A stretch of 64,000 nt of DNA from contig CAXXYH010000004.1 in assembly GCA_963677925.2 (NCBI GenBank), positions 1,728,001 through 1,792,000 of the forward strand. The letters run 5' to 3'. The position numbers were made by a program, and so were the translations under genes. The notes under the pieces are model-generated. The model made no database searches, was not told where the DNA came from, and saw only the letters and a list, made by a program, of their open reading frames with translations. The stretch comes from Spirochaetia bacterium. GTDB taxonomy: Bacteria > Spirochaetota > Spirochaetia > UBA9216. Below, one piece after another: positions 19,761 through 29,601 of this stretch; the stretch's first letter is position 1; each line of letters opens with the position of its first letter.

Positions 19761-21829
19761 TATCTTTCAGTAATTTTTTTCGTATCGATTTTCTGAATTT
19801 TCAGGCAGATTTTTTCAAGATTTTCAATTTCCAGGGGGATTATTTCCGCCATATATTTTTTCTGATTTTCAAGTTCCTGACTCAATGTTATGAGCTCTTC
19901 CTCAAAATCTGCTTCAGGCTGATTAACCTTTGATTTGAGAGATTGAACTGTTTCCCAAAGATCGGCTGTATGCTGGATCTGATTCGTGCCCCAGAAAAGT
20001 CTATCACTGTTCTCTTTCCCGAAAATTTGATCAATATGATACTGAACAACCTCCCGGCTGAAAAACAGGCTGTACCAGTGGCAGTCGATCTTCTTAATTA
20101 TTCTATCAACTGCATATTCAGCATCACCGGCTTTAAGCCGTGCAACTGCTTCGGCAAGCAGTTCAATATTTCTCTGTGACTGCTCATGGGGGACTATGGG
20201 CACATCGTTCCAGTCGAGATTATATAAGGAGTCCTGAATATCCCTGAAAATATCAAGCATCAGTTTGTTTGCTTTATAGGCGGTATCTTTAATCTGCTTT
20301 TTCTGCTTTTCAGACAGCTCTGAACTGCTTAAGTAATAATCATTCGCTGCCGCTGTCTGTTCGAACAGCCTGGCCCCGGCTTTTTTAAGCTTTTCAGCAG
20401 CAGAAAGCAGCGCCTCAGAATTTACGCCGGCATCATCAAAGGCGGCTGTTCTAATACTTTTTACTATTCTTGCTGCCTGCTGAGAGAAATCAAGTTCCAG
20501 AAAAGGTGAGTTATCCATCTTTATTACAAGAGCACCAAAGTATTCAAGATTGTACCTGAAAACATCTTCTTCCCAGGTCGAAGGATCATCGAACTGGGTA
20601 TGATATTTCTGAAGGTAGAAATCCTGTTCTTTCGGAAAGGTCTTTGAGCCTCTTGCATTGCAGGTCGAAGGTACTCCTGCCTGATTGTAGGAGTAGGAAT
20701 CAGTCCAGCTGCTTATATGGTAATCTATCTCACTGAAACCTTCCGGGTAGAGACTATGCGGATCCGGAGCCTGCTTTCTGAAGCGTTTGAGCATGCTGAA
20801 TAGCTCAGGCGCCGAGTCTATGTAGTATGAGGGATCAAGAATTGTGTGTGCCGGATGCTCGAAATTCAGGAAGGCCAGAGCCTTGCCCTTCCATTCAGGA
20901 TGCACATGGTTAATCTGGTTCCAGGCTCCTATTGCCCAGTCGTAATGTGTTCCTATAGATCCCCATTCTTCCGCTCCGTGGAGTACGAACAGCAGTGTCT
21001 TCTCCGGCTTGTAGCCGGATTTAATGAGCGCATCCGCTATCGATAATACCAGAGCGACACCGGCGGAATCGTCCTGGAAGCCCCAGAAGTGGGTATCGTA
21101 GTGATCTCCGATAATTATTATTTCATCGGAGTTTCCGGGGATTTCACCGACAATGTTATAACTTGTCCCGCCGGCAGAGACTATATTGTCCACTTTAAGA
21201 TTAATCTCAACCTTGCCTTCATCAAGTAATTTTTTCAGTTTAGCTGAATCATTCACACTGATATTTACAGATGGAATGCTCAATCTGCAGGCTGCGTTCT
21301 GTACATTATATGCGTCATTGCTGCAGCGTCCGTAACCTCCGGTACTGCTGCTGATTACCGCGGCGGCTCCGTGCAGTTCCGCTTCAAGGGTGGGGTAGGC
21401 AATTTCCCAGTCGTTATACATGTCTATGTCGATTAAAACAATTTTATCTTTTACATCAAGCCCCTTGTAATCATTCATCGTTCCCCGTCCGGCACAGACA
21501 AGTTCAGCTGTAATACCTTCGGCTGATGTTCCGCCGGTGGCATAGGCGTAGGGAGAAAGAGTCAGCTCAATATCCGGTACTGTCACTGAAAGAGAACTGC
21601 CGTTGAACTGCCAGATATCTGCGGAAAAGCCCTCCTTCCTTACATTCATCAGCCCGATGGATTTCATCTTTTCGACAAGAAAATCTGCAGTGCGGTGTTC
21701 GGCTTCACTTCCGGACTGCCGCCCGCCTAAAGGGCTGTTGAACAGCTCAGGCTTAGTCAGTTCAAGGGCAATGTTATATCCGAAAGATGGATCGGTGTTT
21801 TCAATGAAACGTTTAATGCTTGTGTCCAT
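19760..21829 (-). CDS. M28 family metallopeptidase with a PA domain
   Basis: GDHYD, FQDDSAGV, HGAEEWG and YHTQFD. Start placed at MDTSIK after a GGGAG RBS. Confidence 0.85.
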   Translation of the reverse strand: MDTSIKRFIENTDPSFGYNIALELTKPELFNSPLGGRQSGSEAEHRTADFLVEKMKSIGLMNVRKEGFSADIWQFNGSSLSVTVPDIELTLSPYAYATGGTSAEGITAELVCAGRGTMNDYKGLDVKDKIVLIDIDMYNDWEIAYPTLEAELHGAAAVISSSTGGYGRCSNDAYNVQNAACRLSIPSVNISVNDSAKLKKLLDEGKVEINLKVDNIVSAGGTSYNIVGEIPGNSDEIIIIGDHYDTHFWGFQDDSAGVALVLSIADALIKSGYKPEKTLLFVLHGAEEWGSIGTHYDWAIGAWNQINHVHPEWKGKALAFLNFEHPAHTILDPSYYIDSAPELFSMLKRFRKQAPDPHSLYPEGFSEIDYHISSWTDSYSYNQAGVPSTCNARGSKTFPKEQDFYLQKYHTQFDDPSTWEEDVFRYNLEYFGALVIKMDNSPFLELDFSQQAARIVKSIRTAAFDDAGVNSEALLSAAEKLKKAGARLFEQTAAANDYYLSSSELSEKQKKQIKDTAYKANKLMLDIFRDIQDSLYNLDWNDVPIVPHEQSQRNIELLAEAVARLKAGDAEYAVDRIIKKIDCHWYSLFFSREVVQYHIDQIFGKENSDRLFWGTNQIQHTADLWETVQSLKSKVNQPEADFEEELITLSQELENQKKYMAEIIPLEIENLEKICLKIQKIDTKKITER

Positions 21830-21982
21830 AATAACTCCCACAGACATATTAATGAGTTTCCGTTTTTGTAACAATATTAAATTGCGAAAATAGTTGTGTG
21901 ATTGCGAATATAGAAGACTATGATAGGTTCCGTACAGCTGTATTTTAACAGCTGCGGCCTTTAAGCCGCAGCCGCAGAACGG

Positions 21983-22921
21983 CTAATCAAGATTATCAAG
22001 AAGATTTTTTACAGCAGCCTCAGTAGCTCTGTCGATGCTCTCGGCAGTGAAACCGCCTATGTGTGATGTAAGGATTACCTTATCATGTTTTAGGAGCGGA
22101 GATAATTCAGGCGGTTCACTGTCAAAGGCATCAACTGCATACCCGGCAATGATACCCTTGTCCAGAGCTGAAAGCAGGGCGTTCTGATCCACCAGCGCGG
22201 AACGAGCTGTATTTATCAGATAAGTACCTTTCCTGCATAGGCCGAGAGTTTCTGAATTTATCAACGGAATCGAACCGGCAGGACAGTGAAGGCTGATTAT
22301 ATCACTTGAGCTGAAAAGTACATTAATTGATTCATAGCTGAATCCGGGGATCCTTTCCGGCAGTTCGGGGGTCGGGTATGGATCATATGCAATAATCTTC
22401 ATATCCAGCCCGGCAGCCATTTTGGCAGTATACTGACCAATCTGGCCTGTCCCGATAATACCAAGTGTTCTTCCGTCAACTTCAAAGCCTTTTGTTCTAT
22501 GCCATCCTCCGTTTTTTACTGAACTGTTTGTAGAGGAAATATCGCGGAGCAGTGTCAGCATTAGGGTAATGGCAAGTTCTGCAACGCCCCTGGAATTTGC
22601 GCCTCTTGCAACCTGCAGTGATATTCCCATTTCACCGGCTGCCCGGGCATCAACATTATCAATACCGACGCCGTTTCGGCTTATTACACGCAGCTTATCG
22701 CATTTTTTCAGAACTTCTGCACTGACTTTTTCTACACCTGCCAGGTAGCCTGCACATTCCGGGAGAACTGATGATAGTTCCTCTATTGAAGGCTGAACTC
22801 CCGGGAAGGGCATTATAACTTCGTAGCCGGCTTCTCTTAACCTTTCCAGAAATGGGTGCCCGCTCTTACTCAGAGAACGGGGGGTTACCAGAATCTTTCC
22901 TTTGTTTATCTGCATCTTCAT
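21983..22921 (-). CDS. D-2-hydroxyacid dehydrogenase (phosphoglycerate-dehydrogenase-like, no ACT domain)
   Basis: SRNGVGIDNVD, GIIGTGQIG, INTAR, DAFDSEP and SHIGG. Confidence 0.9.
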   Translation of the reverse strand: MKMQINKGKILVTPRSLSKSGHPFLERLREAGYEVIMPFPGVQPSIEELSSVLPECAGYLAGVEKVSAEVLKKCDKLRVISRNGVGIDNVDARAAGEMGISLQVARGANSRGVAELAITLMLTLLRDISSTNSSVKNGGWHRTKGFEVDGRTLGIIGTGQIGQYTAKMAAGLDMKIIAYDPYPTPELPERIPGFSYESINVLFSSSDIISLHCPAGSIPLINSETLGLCRKGTYLINTARSALVDQNALLSALDKGIIAGYAVDAFDSEPPELSPLLKHDKVILTSHIGGFTAESIDRATEAAVKNLLDNLD

Positions 22922-23499
22922 TCAGTCCATTTTGGGTTATCAATTACTTTCCAGTTTCCTTCTTCTTCAACCACAAGTTTTCTGAAACCCTTTTCTTTTA
23001 TGGCCCCGTAATCATGACCTGCATCAGCCCTGAATACATAAAATGTGATCAGGGTTTCTGTATCAGACAGATTGATGCTCCTGTGTGCATATCGTCCGGG
23101 TACATATACAGCCTGACTGGGCCGCATTTCCTTGTACATGATATCGCCTTCAGGATTTTCCATCATCATCATTCCATAACCGGCCTGGCAGTAGTATATT
23201 TCAGCTGTGTCAATAATTGTATGAAAGTGACCGTTTGTCATGTTGTATTCATTTCCAACCTTGCCGGGGTAGACAATGCTTGTTCCAAAACATAGATCAC
23301 CTGCCTTTTCAGGAACCCCGAAATCATAGAACCGGTAAACCAGATCATTATTGTTTTCTTCCAGTACATGTCTGGCCGCCTCATCGTGATACATGTTTTT
23401 CATATCAGAGTATCTTCTTTCAAGTGCCGGAATGCTGTCGGTTAATCCTGTTGCTGGATCGAAGTAGGTTGGTTTTTCAATAAAAAAAGGTATATCCAT
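22918..23499 (-). CDS. Cupin-type (archaeal-type) glucose-6-phosphate isomerase family protein
   Basis: PGKVGNEYNMTNGHFH, AEIYY, YAHRSIN and DAGHDY. Confidence 0.85.
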   Translation of the reverse strand: MDIPFFIEKPTYFDPATGLTDSIPALERRYSDMKNMYHDEAARHVLEENNNDLVYRFYDFGVPEKAGDLCFGTSIVYPGKVGNEYNMTNGHFHTIIDTAEIYYCQAGYGMMMMENPEGDIMYKEMRPSQAVYVPGRYAHRSINLSDTETLITFYVFRADAGHDYGAIKEKGFRKLVVEEEGNWKVIDNPKWTE

Positions 23500-23502
23500 T
23501 AT

Positions 23503-24453
23503 TTAACTCCTTGTCGATGCGGCTATTTCTGATAGTTTTTCAAATTCAGGTCCGCTTGTCGGTATATCAATATGGAAGACTTCTGCTATCACCCTGGTCC
23601 ATCCATGAATGAAGTAGAACCATCCATCCTCTATTCTTAAGTTCTTACTTTTCTTCTGTGCTGAAGCCTGCCCCAGGAATATGAGTTCACCTCTATAGTT
23701 GAAATCCCAGATAATTCCGTTCTCGGGAAACACAACATTATCTGTCAGAGGTGACCCCGGGGAATCCTTACCAAGGCCGGTTGCATTGGCTATTAATGCT
23801 CCCGGACTCAGCTGTGAAACAATCCTGTCGTTGTCTGCTGCGGAAGGACATAGATGATATTCAAACGGGGCATCGGTGTTGAGCTTTTTATGAATTTGCT
23901 TCATTTCGTTCAGTCTCGTTTCTGAACGGTTTGTGATAATAATTTTTTTCGGCAGTATACCGCCGGACTTGTGTTTATTTATAAGATAAAGGCTTAAGGC
24001 CAGTGATGAGCCTCCAGCGCCTATCAGCATCAGCTCCGCTCCGGCGTTTTCCCAGTATTCATCTGAAGCAATAGCTTCCAGGGAAAGTCCGCTGGTTATA
24101 GGGTCTTTTGCATGGGCCCATAATTCTGTGCCGCGTTTTGAAATTGAACTGGCTTCATCAAGGAGCTGTGTATATTCTCCCTTTCCTTCAAAGAGATCTC
24201 CGCAGGCCTTCATCAGATCAAGTTTGTGTGTAGTTACAAGGGCTCCCAGAGACAGCCTGTCATGTTTTATGAAATCGACTGCCTCCCTGTACAATTCCGG
24301 ACTGGAATGCGGTACAAAATCAAAGCCTTTAATAACAGCATTCAATCCAAGATGTTGTGCCCATTTTGGAAAGACTTTCATAATTGATGATTTTCCGGTT
24401 GTGACTCCGATAAAATACATTGTTCTTTCTTCTGCAGGACTGTAGGTATTCAT
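23503..24453 (-). CDS. Shikimate-dehydrogenase-like NAD(P)-binding protein of an uncharacterised subfamily
   Basis: LVTTHK, IGAGGS, NRS, ANATGLG and WDFNY. The start is MNTYSP after AGGAG; the ORF-track extension to 24579 is promoter DNA. Confidence 0.75.
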   Translation of the reverse strand: MNTYSPAEERTMYFIGVTTGKSSIMKVFPKWAQHLGLNAVIKGFDFVPHSSPELYREAVDFIKHDRLSLGALVTTHKLDLMKACGDLFEGKGEYTQLLDEASSISKRGTELWAHAKDPITSGLSLEAIASDEYWENAGAELMLIGAGGSSLALSLYLINKHKSGGILPKKIIITNRSETRLNEMKQIHKKLNTDAPFEYHLCPSAADNDRIVSQLSPGALIANATGLGKDSPGSPLTDNVVFPENGIIWDFNYRGELIFLGQASAQKKSKNLRIEDGWFYFIHGWTRVIAEVFHIDIPTSGPEFEKLSEIAASTRS

Positions 24454-24480
24454 AATAATTCTCCTGAAGTCTATAAATAA

Positions 24481-24569
24481 TAACAAATGATAATTATATG
24501 TTGCTATATTATGATGATAATTGACGTAAGTCAATAGTAAGTGATAGTATATATTTAGCAAATGATAAT
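24481..24569. promoter_or_regulatory. Overlapping divergent promoters with direct-repeat operator candidates
   Basis: Plus strand TTGACG (24521) with TAGTAT (24545). Minus strand TTGACT-17-TAATAT. Repeats TAACAAATGATAAT (24481), TAGTAAGTGATAGT (24535) and TAGCAAATGATAAT (24556). Confidence 0.65.
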
Positions 24570-24593
24570 AAATTGCCAAGAAGGAGATATTAA

Positions 24594-25226
24594 TTGGATG
24601 TATTTAACAGAATAAAAGAAGAGAAACTGGTTCCTGTGATAAAGCTGGAAAATCATTTAAATGCAGTTCCTCTTGCTGAAAGTCTTGCGGCAGGAGGAAT
24701 CAGGGTTGCGGAGATCACCTTTAGAACGGCCGCTGCTGCAGCTTCTATAAAAAGTATCAGAAAAGAATGCCCCGGTATTCTTGTCGGGGCTGGAACTGTT
24801 CTGACTCTTGACCAGCTGGAACAGGCTGTTGAGGCGGGAGCGGAGTTTATTGTGGCCCCTGGCTATAATCCGGTCATTGTCAACGCCTGTCTGAAAAGAC
24901 AGATACCGGTAATTCCAGGGGTAACTAATCCATCCCAGATTGAAGTGGCCATGTACGCAGGTCTTGGTATTCTGAAATTCTTTCCGGCAGCATTGTCTGG
25001 CGGAATTCCCATGCTGAAAACATTTGGAAGCGTGTACAGTGCAGAGTTTATGCCCACCGGCGGATTGAATGAGGTGAATTTTACAGATTATCTGGCTCTT
25101 CCAAATGTATGCGCCTGCGGAGGGAGCTGGATGGTTAAACCTGAGCTGATAAACACCGGTCAATTTGATAAAATCTCTCAATTGAGTGCTTCTGCTAAAA
25201 GTATAATCAACGGTTCGGATAATTAA
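24594..25226 (+). CDS. eda: KDPG/KHG aldolase
   Basis: AEITFRT, GAGTVL, LKFFPA, FMPTGG and CGGSW. TTG start after AAGGAG. Confidence 0.92.
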   Translation: MDVFNRIKEEKLVPVIKLENHLNAVPLAESLAAGGIRVAEITFRTAAAAASIKSIRKECPGILVGAGTVLTLDQLEQAVEAGAEFIVAPGYNPVIVNACLKRQIPVIPGVTNPSQIEVAMYAGLGILKFFPAALSGGIPMLKTFGSVYSAEFMPTGGLNEVNFTDYLALPNVCACGGSWMVKPELINTGQFDKISQLSASAKSIINGSDN

Positions 25227-26072
25227 ATGATTTTCCGCAGAGACAGAAACCCGGTTGAATCATACAGAAGCAAACTTCCGGACAATCCTGTTCTATGGTG
25301 GCTGGGGCAGGCCGGATTTCTGCTTGGTATGGGCGGAAAGAGAATTTTGATTGATCCATATCTGTCTGATTTCCTTGCGCAGAAATACAGTGGGACTGTT
25401 TATCCGCACAAGCGGATGATGCCGCCCCCGCTGAAAATTAGTGATGTGGAAAAAATCGATTACTGTCTGTGTTCACATTCTCATTCTGATCATATGGATC
25501 CCGGACTCTTACCGCTTTTGAGTGTACAAAACCCTTCGTGTATTTTTATTGTACCATATGCTGTAAAAGAAGTAGCTATTGAGCGTGGAGTTCCTTCCGC
25601 CAGGTTGATATGTATAGATGCCGGTGATGAATATCCTTTGGGCGGGGAAATGATGCTTTCCGCTGTTCCATCGGCTCATGAAGAGCTGAAGCAGGATTCC
25701 GAAGGCAGATACTTTTTCCTCGGTTATATCATCAAATGGAATGATTATACTGTCTACCATTCCGGTGACTGTATACCGTATCCTGGACTGGACAGCTGGA
25801 TTATGAAATTTAATATAGATCTTGCCTTGCTGCCGGTGAACGGAAGAAGCCCGGAGTTAAGCCGCAGTGGCATTCTAGGTAACTTTAATATAAATGAAGT
25901 TTGTCAAATAGTGCGCAAGCATGGTATAAAGTATATTATTCCGCATCATTTCGGAATGTTTGATTTTAATACGGTTTCCAGGCAGTCTATTGATTCTGCT
26001 GTAAGGCAGAACAGCCTTGAAGAAAGAGTTTTTCCTGCTGAAACCGGTATAATGTATTCATTAAGCAGGTAA
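25227..26072 (+). CDS. MBL-fold metallohydrolase (UlaG lactonase-like)
   Basis: WLGQAGF, IDPYLS, SHSHSDH, YHSGD and PHHFGMF. Confidence 0.87.
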   Translation: MIFRRDRNPVESYRSKLPDNPVLWWLGQAGFLLGMGGKRILIDPYLSDFLAQKYSGTVYPHKRMMPPPLKISDVEKIDYCLCSHSHSDHMDPGLLPLLSVQNPSCIFIVPYAVKEVAIERGVPSARLICIDAGDEYPLGGEMMLSAVPSAHEELKQDSEGRYFFLGYIIKWNDYTVYHSGDCIPYPGLDSWIMKFNIDLALLPVNGRSPELSRSGILGNFNINEVCQIVRKHGIKYIIPHHFGMFDFNTVSRQSIDSAVRQNSLEERVFPAETGIMYSLSR

Positions 26073-26077
26073 TATTT

Positions 26078-26881
26078 ATGGCAGAAGAAAACGGGGCGGA
26101 TAAAACCTTATTTGCAGAAGAGCGGAAGAGGCAGATAGTTGATTATATCAATGAAAAAAGAAGGGTAACCGTTCCTGAATTATGTGAATATTTTTCAGTT
26201 TCCGGTGCTACAATGCGCAATGACCTCCGTGAGCTGGGAAAATCAGGGCAGATAACCAGAACACACGGCGGGGCAGTGAGACGCTCACAGACCGGTTATG
26301 AACCGGTGATGGATTTCCGTGCAGATAAAAACATTGAAGCAAAGAGAAAGATTGCCCGGCTTGCCATTAATGAGATTGATGACGGTGATACGATAATACT
26401 CGATACAGGTACCACAATTAAGGAACTTGCTGTTCTTCTTAAGAATAGAAATAATTTGTCTGTTGTCACCAATGATATAAAAGTAGCAGCAGAACTGGAA
26501 AATGCCCCCGGCTGTGAAGTTTATCTTATAGGAGGACTTCTTAGAAAAGGGTTTCACTGCACTGTAGCAAATGAAGTTTTTACAGATCTTCGAAAAATTT
26601 CGGTGGATAAAGTTTTTCTGGGTGCAAATTCTTTCTCTGCAAGAAAGGGGGCCAGTACACCGGATGTTGGACAGTCTGATATTAAGCGTCAGATGATTGA
26701 GATCTCATCAAAAGTCATACTTCTTTGCGACAGTACAAAGCTTGAAACTGATTCATTCATTAATTTCGCATCGACTGAGCAGATTGATCTGCTTATCACA
26801 GATACTGTTTCTGCAGATTTAAAAGAGCTCTATGAGAGTCTGGAAATTAACGTAACCTCCGGGCCGGGAACTGAAGTTTAA
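26078..26881 (+). CDS. DeoR/GlpR family transcriptional regulator
   Basis: VSGATMRNDL, RTHGGA, LDTGTT and VTND. Confidence 0.95.
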   Translation: MAEENGADKTLFAEERKRQIVDYINEKRRVTVPELCEYFSVSGATMRNDLRELGKSGQITRTHGGAVRRSQTGYEPVMDFRADKNIEAKRKIARLAINEIDDGDTIILDTGTTIKELAVLLKNRNNLSVVTNDIKVAAELENAPGCEVYLIGGLLRKGFHCTVANEVFTDLRKISVDKVFLGANSFSARKGASTPDVGQSDIKRQMIEISSKVILLCDSTKLETDSFINFASTEQIDLLITDTVSADLKELYESLEINVTSGPGTEV

Positions 26882-27017
26882 GAGCCTCTTCAAAGAACCG
26901 CATCACGGGTGCAGTTTTAGCTTTTCTAATCCTTTTCTTTTTCAGAACTAATACTCTTTTAATATCCGCATACTGGTATTACAATAAATTAATAAAAAAA
27001 TAAAAAGGAGCATAAAG

Positions 27018-28829
27018 ATGAAAAGAAAACTCTTACCAGTCTTTTTTTCACTACTCGCAGCAGTCCTGTTAATCACAGGCTGTCTGAGCACTTCGAATCC
27101 GGAAATGGATTACACCGGTGACTTCACGCTTAAAATCATCGAGACAACAGACATGCACGGTTCGATCTTTCCCTATGATTTTATCAACGACAGGGAATCA
27201 AAAACATCGCTGACTCAGGTAATGAGCTATGTTACCGCGGAGAGACAGAAAGAAGGTCAGAAAGTCCTCTTTCTTGACAATGGAGATATCCTTCAGGGGC
27301 AGCCGGTAGTTTACTATTCAAACTTCGTAGCAACCGATAAGCAGCACATAGCAAGTCTTGTGATGAATTATGCCGGCTATGATGCCGGTTCTGTCGGTAA
27401 CCACGATGTAGAAGCCGGACATGCTGTTTATGACAAGCTGATAGATGAGTTTAATTTCCCATGGCTTGCAGCTAATGTAATTGATAAATCAACAGGTGAA
27501 CCCTATTTCACCCCCTATACAATAATCTGGAAGGGCGGAGCTAAGATTGCCGTGCTTGGCATGTGTACTCCGGGTGTTCCCACCTGGCTGCCGGAAAACC
27601 TCTGGGAAGGTATGGAATTCAAGGGAATGGTGGAAACCGCTGAAGAATGGGTTCCGAAAATCCTTGCAGATGAAAAACCTGACCTGCTTATAGGTCTTTT
27701 CCATGCCGGAACAGATTTTACATACGACGGTTATGCAGAAGGCGATGTTCTAAATCCGAATGGTGTTGAGCTTGTGGCTAAGGCTGTATCAGGATTTGAT
27801 GTAATACTTACCGGACATGATCATCAGTCACATAATTACACGGTTAAGGATCCTTCAGGAAATGAAGTTTTAATTGCAGGCGGAACAAATGCAGCACGAA
27901 GTATTGCTTCTGTAAGTGTAAAAATGAGTTATGACAAGGCGTCAAAGTCCTGGAACAAGGATATAAGTGCAGAGGTCATAGAGGGTGATACCCTGGCTGT
28001 GGATGCCGCATTTGCTGCAGAGTTCGAAGGTGTAAAGCAGGAAGTTAAAGACTTTGTTGCAAAGCCTATAGGTGAATTTACAGCAACAATCGGTACTAGA
28101 GAAGCCATGTTCGGCGATTCACCCTTTGTTGATCTTATACACAGGATTCAGCTTGAACTCACCGATGCAGATGTTTCATTTGCAGCACCTCTTTCCTTCG
28201 ACGCCACGATTAAGGAGGGAAAGGTTTACGTACGCGATATGTTCAAACTTTATCAGTATGAAAATCTGCTGTACACAATGAACCTCACAGGTCAGGAGAT
28301 CAAGGATTTTCTCGAGTACTCCTACGCAAACTGGTTTGGAACCATGACCGATACTGATGACAGACTGATTAACTTCAAGCGCGATGAGGCTGGAAAGATG
28401 ATCTACAACGAAAGGTACTCATCATATGATACTGCAACCCGTTACTACAATTACGACTCAGCCGCCGGAATCGACTACACTGTCGATGTATCAAAACCAG
28501 CCGGTCAGAGAGTCGCAATCAAGGGTTTCTCAGACGGCAGAGCCTTTAAAATGAATGAAACCTACCTTGTAGCCATCAACTCATACCGTGCAAGCGGCGG
28601 CGGCGGACACCTAACCCGCGGCGCCGGACTCACCGATGAAGAGCTTGAAACAAGGATGATGTCTTCAACACTTCAGGATCTACGCTATTACCTGATGACC
28701 TGGATTGAAAAGGAAGGGACTGTAAAACCTGCAGCCATCGGCAACTGGTCAGTAGTACCTGCAGACTGGTGGAACAAGGCAAAGGCGGTTGACTATAAAA
28801 TTCTTTATGAAGGACTCATGGTAGACTGA
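27018..28829 (+). CDS. cpdB: 2',3'-cyclic-nucleotide 2'-phosphodiesterase/5'-nucleotidase family lipoprotein
   Basis: Lipobox LITGC, and motifs TTDMHG, DNGDILQG, GNHD, GHDH, YNYD and NSYR. Confidence 0.85.
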   Translation: MKRKLLPVFFSLLAAVLLITGCLSTSNPEMDYTGDFTLKIIETTDMHGSIFPYDFINDRESKTSLTQVMSYVTAERQKEGQKVLFLDNGDILQGQPVVYYSNFVATDKQHIASLVMNYAGYDAGSVGNHDVEAGHAVYDKLIDEFNFPWLAANVIDKSTGEPYFTPYTIIWKGGAKIAVLGMCTPGVPTWLPENLWEGMEFKGMVETAEEWVPKILADEKPDLLIGLFHAGTDFTYDGYAEGDVLNPNGVELVAKAVSGFDVILTGHDHQSHNYTVKDPSGNEVLIAGGTNAARSIASVSVKMSYDKASKSWNKDISAEVIEGDTLAVDAAFAAEFEGVKQEVKDFVAKPIGEFTATIGTREAMFGDSPFVDLIHRIQLELTDADVSFAAPLSFDATIKEGKVYVRDMFKLYQYENLLYTMNLTGQEIKDFLEYSYANWFGTMTDTDDRLINFKRDEAGKMIYNERYSSYDTATRYYNYDSAAGIDYTVDVSKPAGQRVAIKGFSDGRAFKMNETYLVAINSYRASGGGGHLTRGAGLTDEELETRMMSSTLQDLRYYLMTWIEKEGTVKPAAIGNWSVVPADWWNKAKAVDYKILYEGLMVD

Positions 28830-28876
28830 GTTTAACATTAGGAAAAAAATTATGGGCCCGGTACTGCCGGGTCCTT

Positions 28877-29479
28877 TTATAAATATAACTCGTCGGACCG
28901 CAGATCTTCTCTGATGTTATACAGATCTTCAAGAGCTTTTCTCAATTCCATGACTCTGTTGTAGTTTTCTTTTGAAATACACCAGAGCAGTATATTCCCC
29001 CACTGTATTGTAACAGCTGTTCTGCAAAGTGATTCTGCTTCAGAAGAATTCAGTACTTCACCTTTTTTTTGAGCTTCTGTGATCATTGGAACAAGAATTT
29101 TTTCTATCTGTTCTGTCAGTTTTAAATTTGAGTTCGCAGGCTTATCTATAAAATGCTTTATTCGTAGGGCATATAACTCTGATTTTCTGTTGTTTTCAAG
29201 ATCTGAATATAACGCAAGATGTGTTCTGATAATTCTTTCTGATACATGTTCCGCTGAAAAAATCCAGGCCATTCTTTCCGGGGAATAGGATGAAAGTCTC
29301 CCGTAATATGCTGCAACAAGTTCTTCCTTTCCATTAAAATAATTATAAAAAGTGGAACGCCCGATACCCACTTTAGCGCAAATCCCGGCAATTGTTGCGT
29401 TTGCATATCCCATTTCGGTAATCATCTTTATACCGGTTTCAATTATTAAATTTTCAGTCACCTGCTGCTTTGTGATCAT
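28877..29479 (-). CDS. TetR/AcrR family regulator
   Basis: ATIAGICAKVGIGRSTFYNYFNGKEEL. Confidence 0.92.
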   Translation of the reverse strand: MITKQQVTENLIIETGIKMITEMGYANATIAGICAKVGIGRSTFYNYFNGKEELVAAYYGRLSSYSPERMAWIFSAEHVSERIIRTHLALYSDLENNRKSELYALRIKHFIDKPANSNLKLTEQIEKILVPMITEAQKKGEVLNSSEAESLCRTAVTIQWGNILLWCISKENYNRVMELRKALEDLYNIREDLRSDELYL

Positions 29480-29511
29480 CAACCTGCCTTAAACACGGAG
29501 TTATTAGAGGA

Positions 29512-29536
29512 AGGGATCTGCCTTTGGCAGATCCCT
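29512..29536 (-). terminator. Hairpin downstream of the flavoprotein gene
   Basis: AGGGATCTGCC-ttt-GGCAGATCCCT, a perfect 11 bp stem. Confidence 0.6.
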
Positions 29537-29601
29537 GATTTCGAAAGAATTATATCATCATAACCCTCAGCCTACAATAACCTGATTTATCAGGGAGCGG
29601 C

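Noticed and set aside
24454-24579. ORF-track N-terminal extension with repeated YHLL peptides
   Set aside because: It is a translation of the operator repeats in the promoter. The RBS supports a start at 24453.
26879-26900. TAAGAGCCTCTTCAAAGAACC resembling an IS terminal repeat
   Set aside because: I found no partner repeat or transposase remnant, and it is too short to support.
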